A DNA stretch of 33,214 nt from Oscillospiraceae bacterium (GTDB taxonomy: Bacteria; Bacillota; Clostridia; Oscillospirales; Ruminococcaceae). The DNA is taken from NCBI GenBank assembly GCA_051882095.1, contig JBJERD010000023.1, forward strand, positions 1 through 33,214. Reading direction: 5' to 3'. Positions 28,420 through 33,214 of the stretch are shown here, one piece after another (the first letter of the stretch is position 1; each line of letters opens with the position of its first letter). Both the position numbers and the translations under genes were made by a program. Under the pieces are notes generated by a model. That model was not told the DNA's origin, made no database searches, and saw nothing but the letters and a program-made list of their open reading frames with translations.

Positions 28420-29373
28420 ATGAAGGAAATCGGCGGATATATTGAGCTTGACAGGTATCACGGCGAAATGCTTCATTCTGACGGAATAAAGCTCAACTGC
28501 GGCAGGAATTGTCTTGCCTATATTATAAAAGCAAGAAACATCAAAAAAATAGCTATGCCTTATTATATGTGCGATTCGGTTACGGAGGTGTGCAGAGAAT
28601 ACGGAGTGCAGCTTCGTTTTTATCACACCGATATGTCCTTCCGACCGGAGCCGATAGAGCTTGCCGATGACGAATGGCTTTATCTGATGAACTTTTACGG
28701 ACAGCTGACATCTGAGGAGACAGAGGGATATGTCCGCAGATATAAGAGGGTAATAGCAGACTTTGCGCAGGATTATTTCCGTGAGCCTGTTAAGGGAGCG
28801 GATACGCTTTATACCTGCCGAAAGTTTTTCGGAGTGCCCAGCGGTGCGATATTGTATACCGACGCAGAGCCTCTGAACGAGGAGCTTGAGCAGGAAGAGG
28901 TTTTTGACAGAATGGGTTATCTGCTAGGCAGATGGGAACGCCCGGCTTCGGAGTTTTACGGGGAATATGTTGAAAACAACGAGAAATTTGACGGCTCTCC
29001 CATTAAAACAATGTCAAAGCTGACGGAAAATCTTCTTCATGCCATAGACTATGAAAAAGTAAAACAAAGCCGCACTGAGAATTTTGCTTATCTGCATAAG
29101 CGGCTGGGAGAGCGAAATCTGCTGGATATTCGTCTGTGCGAAGGCGCTTTTGCTTATCCGTTTATGACGGAAAAGGGCGCAGAGTTAAGAAAATTTCTGA
29201 TATCAAAAAAGATATTCGTGCCTACCCTCTGGCCAAACGTATTGGAGGAAATGGATAAGGGCGGCACGGAGTATAAAATGGTTGAAAATATACTGCCGCT
29301 TCCCTGCGATCAGCGTTATACGGCAGAGGATATGGAATATATCGTTGAAATGATAAACAGCTTTAAGGGATAA
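28420..29373 (+). CDS. Divergent, short DegT-like PLP-fold protein
   Basis: EIGG N-terminus, CGRNCL, MPYYMCDSV, MNFYG, ADFAQ (DxAQ), CRKFFGVP (putative PLP Lys), LPLPCDQRY. Confidence 0.7.
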   Translation: MKEIGGYIELDRYHGEMLHSDGIKLNCGRNCLAYIIKARNIKKIAMPYYMCDSVTEVCREYGVQLRFYHTDMSFRPEPIELADDEWLYLMNFYGQLTSEETEGYVRRYKRVIADFAQDYFREPVKGADTLYTCRKFFGVPSGAILYTDAEPLNEELEQEEVFDRMGYLLGRWERPASEFYGEYVENNEKFDGSPIKTMSKLTENLLHAIDYEKVKQSRTENFAYLHKRLGERNLLDIRLCEGAFAYPFMTEKGAELRKFLISKKIFVPTLWPNVLEEMDKGGTEYKMVENILPLPCDQRYTAEDMEYIVEMINSFKG

Positions 29374-29398
29374 AAAGCTGTCGGATAGAGGTTTGAAT

Positions 29399-30706
29399 AT
29401 GGATAACAGTTTAAAAAACAAAAGGCTTCTGGTGTTGGGCGGAACGCTTATTTCATGTGAGATAATAAAGAAAGCCAAAGAGCTTGGCTGCTTTGTTGCG
29501 GTGGCTGATTACAATCCCATCGAAAAGTCGCCCGGCAAGCAGATAGCCGACGCCGCCTTTGACATAAGCGCAACCGACGTTGACGCAGTAGTGGAGCTGA
29601 TAAAGAAAGAGAATATCGGGGGAGTTCTTGTGGGCTTCAACGATATGCTGCTGCCTTATTATGCCGAGATATGCCAAAAGGCAGGACTGCCCGCCTATGG
29701 CACAAAGGAGCAGTTTGAAATTTTCATCAACAAGGACCGCTACAAGGCTCTCATGAGAGAGCATAACGTCCCCACAGTTGAGGAATATCAGGTTGACCCC
29801 GACAATTTTGAGGCTACGGCAAAGGATATAAAATATCCCGTTCTTGTAAAGCCTGCCGACAGCAGCGGAGCAAGAGGAATAACTATCTGCCGCTCGGCTG
29901 AGAGCCTGAGAGAAGCTGTCAGGAAGGCGAAGGATTTTTCCAAAACGGGCGTAGTGCTTGTGGAGCGTTATATGGAAGGCAGAGAAGCTACCGTCTTCTG
30001 GGTGTTCTGTGACGGAGAATATTATCTTACTGCAATCGGCAACCGCCATGTTAAAAACAATCAGGAGGGAGTTATCCCTCTGCCTGTGGGATATACATAT
30101 CCTGCCGCTGTTCTGCCAAAGTACCGCAGCGAGGTTGAGGAAAACTGCAAGGAAATGTTCCGTGCGGCAGGAATAAAAAACGGCATGATGTTTATGCAGT
30201 GCAAGATAGAGGACGGCACCTGCGTGGTTTACGATATAGGTTTCCGTCTGACAGGTTCGCTGGAGTATAATAACATCAAGGACGCCTGCGGATTTGACCC
30301 TATGGAAATGATGATACGCTTTGCGCTGACAGGAAAAATGTCGGAAGATAATATCGGAAATGCGGCAGACCCCGAGTTTGGCGGAAGATACGGCTTTAAC
30401 GTTTCATGTCTGTCTGCTCCGGGCAAGATAGCGGAGCTTACAGGCGTTGAAGAGGTCAAAGCGTTCCCTGAGGTCATCGACGCTGTTATCGCTCATTATC
30501 CCGGCGAGACCATTACCGAGGATATGAAAGGACTGCTTGCGCAGATAACAGTCCGAGTGCTTGGTACTGTAGACAGCGAGGAGCAGCTTTACGACATCAT
30601 GCGCAGGATAGAAAAAACCATACATATTGTTTCCGACGACGGCAGACAGCTTATGCTTGCAGGCATCGAGCCTGAGGATATCGAAGGATATATTTTAAGA
30701 AAATAA
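29399..30706 (+). CDS. ATP-grasp domain protein (carboxylate-amine ligase-like)
   Basis: LLVLGG, NKDRYK, YPVLVKPADSSGARGI, VLVERYMEGRE, DIGFRLTG; ATG 29399 after AGAGG. Confidence 0.88.
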   Translation: MDNSLKNKRLLVLGGTLISCEIIKKAKELGCFVAVADYNPIEKSPGKQIADAAFDISATDVDAVVELIKKENIGGVLVGFNDMLLPYYAEICQKAGLPAYGTKEQFEIFINKDRYKALMREHNVPTVEEYQVDPDNFEATAKDIKYPVLVKPADSSGARGITICRSAESLREAVRKAKDFSKTGVVLVERYMEGREATVFWVFCDGEYYLTAIGNRHVKNNQEGVIPLPVGYTYPAAVLPKYRSEVEENCKEMFRAAGIKNGMMFMQCKIEDGTCVVYDIGFRLTGSLEYNNIKDACGFDPMEMMIRFALTGKMSEDNIGNAADPEFGGRYGFNVSCLSAPGKIAELTGVEEVKAFPEVIDAVIAHYPGETITEDMKGLLAQITVRVLGTVDSEEQLYDIMRRIEKTIHIVSDDGRQLMLAGIEPEDIEGYILRK

Positions 30707-30725
30707 TTCACACGAGGTCGTAAGA

Positions 30726-31643
30726 ATGAGAATTGTAATAACAGGCGCAAGCGGCTTTTTGGCGTGGGAGCTGATTCGTCAGCTGAAAAATGACGGCAGA
30801 TATTCCGTTGCTGCGGTGTCCTCCAATGTAGAGAGAGCTAAGGAGATACTGGGATATGAGGATATAGAGTATTTCACCAACAGTCAGCTGCTTAGCGGAG
30901 AGGCTTCGCTGGGTGCGGAGGACGTGGTGGTTCACACCGCATTTTGCAGACAGTCGGCGGGTAGTCAGCTTGCCCAAAGCATGGACTTTTCGCTTGACGT
31001 GTTTGAAAAGGCGGTCTCGGCAGGCGTAAAGGGGATAATAAATCTCTCCTCACAGTCGGTCTACGGCGGAAAAAAGGAGGAGCTTCCCGACGAGAGCGGA
31101 AGGCTTGACCCCGATTATCTGTATGCCCTTGCAAAATCCGCTTCCGAAATCATACTGAAAAGCGCTGCAAAGGGCGGCAATACAAAATACACAAACCTCA
31201 GAACGGCTTCTCTTATGGGCGTCAGCAGGTTTGTTCCCGAAAACGTGCTGTATAAATTTGCAGTGAACGCTCTTGAGGGCAGGGATATTTCAATTGTGGG
31301 CGGAAAGCAGAGATTTTCTTTCCTTGACGTCCGTGACGCAGCTAAAGCGACCATTCTGCTGATAGACCATATAGGCAGCGGCTGGGATACCGAATACAAT
31401 ATGGGACCGCTCAGTCAGACGGGTATTGTTGAAATGGCAGAGCTTGTTGTTGACGCCGCCGCAGAAATAACGGGTAAACGGGTGAATATAGACCTTACCC
31501 CACAGGATATAGTCCTCAATTCAGGCATGGACAGCAGAAAGCTTTACAGCAAGCTGGGGTGGAAGCCCGAATACAGCTTTGAACAGACAGTTAGGGATAC
31601 CGTCAGGTATGCCGCAGTAAAAAATAAAATTATACAGGAGTAA
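30726..31643 (+). CDS. NAD(P)-dependent epimerase/dehydratase/reductase (extended SDR)
   Basis: TGASGFLA, VVHTA, SSQSVYG, YALAK, FLDVRD. Confidence 0.88.
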   Translation: MRIVITGASGFLAWELIRQLKNDGRYSVAAVSSNVERAKEILGYEDIEYFTNSQLLSGEASLGAEDVVVHTAFCRQSAGSQLAQSMDFSLDVFEKAVSAGVKGIINLSSQSVYGGKKEELPDESGRLDPDYLYALAKSASEIILKSAAKGGNTKYTNLRTASLMGVSRFVPENVLYKFAVNALEGRDISIVGGKQRFSFLDVRDAAKATILLIDHIGSGWDTEYNMGPLSQTGIVEMAELVVDAAAEITGKRVNIDLTPQDIVLNSGMDSRKLYSKLGWKPEYSFEQTVRDTVRYAAVKNKIIQE

Positions 31644-31648
31644 TCAAT

Positions 31649-32698
31649 ATGCCAAAGATCAGTTTTATAGTGCCTGTTTACGGCGTTGAGAAATACATTC
31701 ACCAGTGCGTGGACAGCATTCTCTCACAGACCTTTACCGACTTCGAGCTTATTCTCGTGGACGACGGTTCACCGGATAACTGTCCGGCTATCTGCGACGA
31801 GTATGCCGCAAAGGACAGCAGAGTAAAGGTAGTTCACAAGCAGAACGCAGGCGTTTCCGCCGCAAGAAATACGGGTATCGAGGCTTCAAGCGGCGAGTGG
31901 GCGTATTTTGTTGACTCGGACGACTGGATAGAAACAGACGCAGCCGAAAATCTCTACAACGACGCAATGAGAACAGGCGCAGACTGCGTAATGTCCGACT
32001 GCGTTATTTGCAGCGAGACCAAGCAGTCGAGAGTTCACCAGTTTTCGCAGGAGTTTTACACCGAAGACCGCAAGACTATCGAATCTGTACAGAAATATAT
32101 GCTTTGCCACAAATTCAGCCCGTATTACAGCGGACCCGTTACAAACGGATATGCCGCTCCGTGGGGCAAATTTGTGAAGATGTCTATTATAAAGGAAAAC
32201 AACATAACCTTTGACCCATATGCAAAGGGCATTTTCGACGACGGCGTTTACAGCCTTTATCTTCTTGACCATGTAGACAAGTTCTATTATAACGACAAGC
32301 ACACCTACAATTACAGAGTTGTAGGAGGTTCGCTTACCCATTCCTTCAAGCCGCAGGCTATGGAGATAATGCAGCGCAATTTCAAGCTGGTAAAGGAGTT
32401 TATAAAGACCACCGGCAAGGACAGCTCCTTCGATCAGGCGGAGTATTGCAGAGTAGTGGCGGCTCTTGCTGATTATTCAAGCAAGTATTTCTTTAATCCG
32501 CTCAACCCCAAGTCCGATAAAGAAAAGAGAAAAGAACTGAAGCAGACCATAAAGTCCGAGCCTTATCACACATCAATTTACAAGGCAAAGCTTTCAAACC
32601 TTGAAGCCAAGCACGCATATATTGCCATATGTGCAAGACTGGGCTTTGTATACGGACTTGAGCTTTATGCAAAGCTCAAATACAAACTGAAAAAGTAA
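31649..32698 (+). CDS. Family 2 glycosyltransferase
   Basis: SFIVPVY, LVDDGSPD, NAGVSAARN, FVDSDD. Confidence 0.93.
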   Translation: MPKISFIVPVYGVEKYIHQCVDSILSQTFTDFELILVDDGSPDNCPAICDEYAAKDSRVKVVHKQNAGVSAARNTGIEASSGEWAYFVDSDDWIETDAAENLYNDAMRTGADCVMSDCVICSETKQSRVHQFSQEFYTEDRKTIESVQKYMLCHKFSPYYSGPVTNGYAAPWGKFVKMSIIKENNITFDPYAKGIFDDGVYSLYLLDHVDKFYYNDKHTYNYRVVGGSLTHSFKPQAMEIMQRNFKLVKEFIKTTGKDSSFDQAEYCRVVAALADYSSKYFFNPLNPKSDKEKRKELKQTIKSEPYHTSIYKAKLSNLEAKHAYIAICARLGFVYGLELYAKLKYKLKK

Positions 32699-32722
32699 TC
32701 TCGCCGAAGGGAGAATTATCAG

Positions 32723-33214
32723 GTGGATATTCAGAATAAAAAATATACGATAGCTGTTGCCGGGACGGGATATGTTGGGCTTTCAAATGCAATTCTGCTG
32801 GCGCAGCGCAACAAGGTCTATGCGGTGGACGTTGTTGCAGAAAAGGTAGAAATGATAAACAGCAAAAGATCTCCCATTGTTGACAAGGAAATTGAGGAGT
32901 ATCTTGCGCACCGCAGTCTTGACCTGACTGCAACTCTTGACGGCGATGCCGCTTATGCGCAGGCTGATTTTGTTATCGTTTCTACACCGACCAATTATGA
33001 CACAAAGAAGAATTACTTTGACACAAGCTCGGTAGAAGCCGTCATAAAGCAGGTAATGAAGGTCAACGAAAAAGCGGTGATAGTTATAAAATCCACCGTT
33101 CCTGTGGGATATACAAAGTCGGTATGCGAAAATCTGGGCTGCAAAAATGTTATTTTCAGTCCCGAATTTCTGCGTGAGGGCAGAGCGCTTTATGATAATC
33201 TCTATCCAAGCAGG
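32723..33214 (+). CDS. ugd: UDP-glucose 6-dehydrogenase (3'-partial; absent from the ORF track)
   Basis: Translated by hand from GTG 32723: IAVAGTGYVGLSNA, SPIVD, STPTNYD, KSTVPVG, SPEFLREG; runs off the window. Confidence 0.93.
   Translation, partial: MDIQNKKYTIAVAGTGYVGLSNAILLAQRNKVYAVDVVAEKVEMINSKRSPIVDKEIEEYLAHRSLDLTATLDGDAAYAQADFVIVSTPTNYDTKKNYFDTSSVEAVIKQVMKVNEKAVIVIKSTVPVGYTKSVCENLGCKNVIFSPEFLREGRALYDNLYPSR

Overview
Gene-dense 33.2-kb window from a Bacillota genome. It is probably Clostridia, Oscillospiraceae/Ruminococcus-like; this is inferred from AGGAGG RBSs, TTGACA/TATAAT promoters, Zn-type S14 and rpsD inside the alpha operon. Bases 1-13420 hold the S10-spc-alpha superoperon, from a partial rplB through secY-adk-map-KOW-infA-rpmJ-rpsM-rpsK-rpsD-rpoA-rplQ, closed by a terminator. 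Bases 13495-23415 are a cell-envelope block with four parts: a secreted Ig-repeat/Fn3/transglutaminase-like protein, a minus-strand YtrA(GntR)-ABC ATPase-permease operon with a clear operator, an LCP ligase, and a divergently transcribed LVIVD-repeat beta-propeller protein. From 23446 to the end is a surface-polysaccharide locus: rmlABC without rmlD, a VioA-like aminotransferase, a PglC-like priming transferase, a second divergent PLP protein, an ATP-grasp enzyme, an SDR, a GT2 and a partial ugd. The best candidate for an undescribed system is a pathway making an N-acylated dTDP-4-amino-6-deoxysugar, possibly used as the priming sugar. Other leads are a Cys-His-Glu transglutaminase-like domain, 13-bp inverted repeats bracketing the ytr promoter, a GTAG-type REP and a structured rpsD leader. 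No rRNA, tRNA, CRISPR array, transposase or recombinase was seen. All family assignments come from motif recognition, not database searches.
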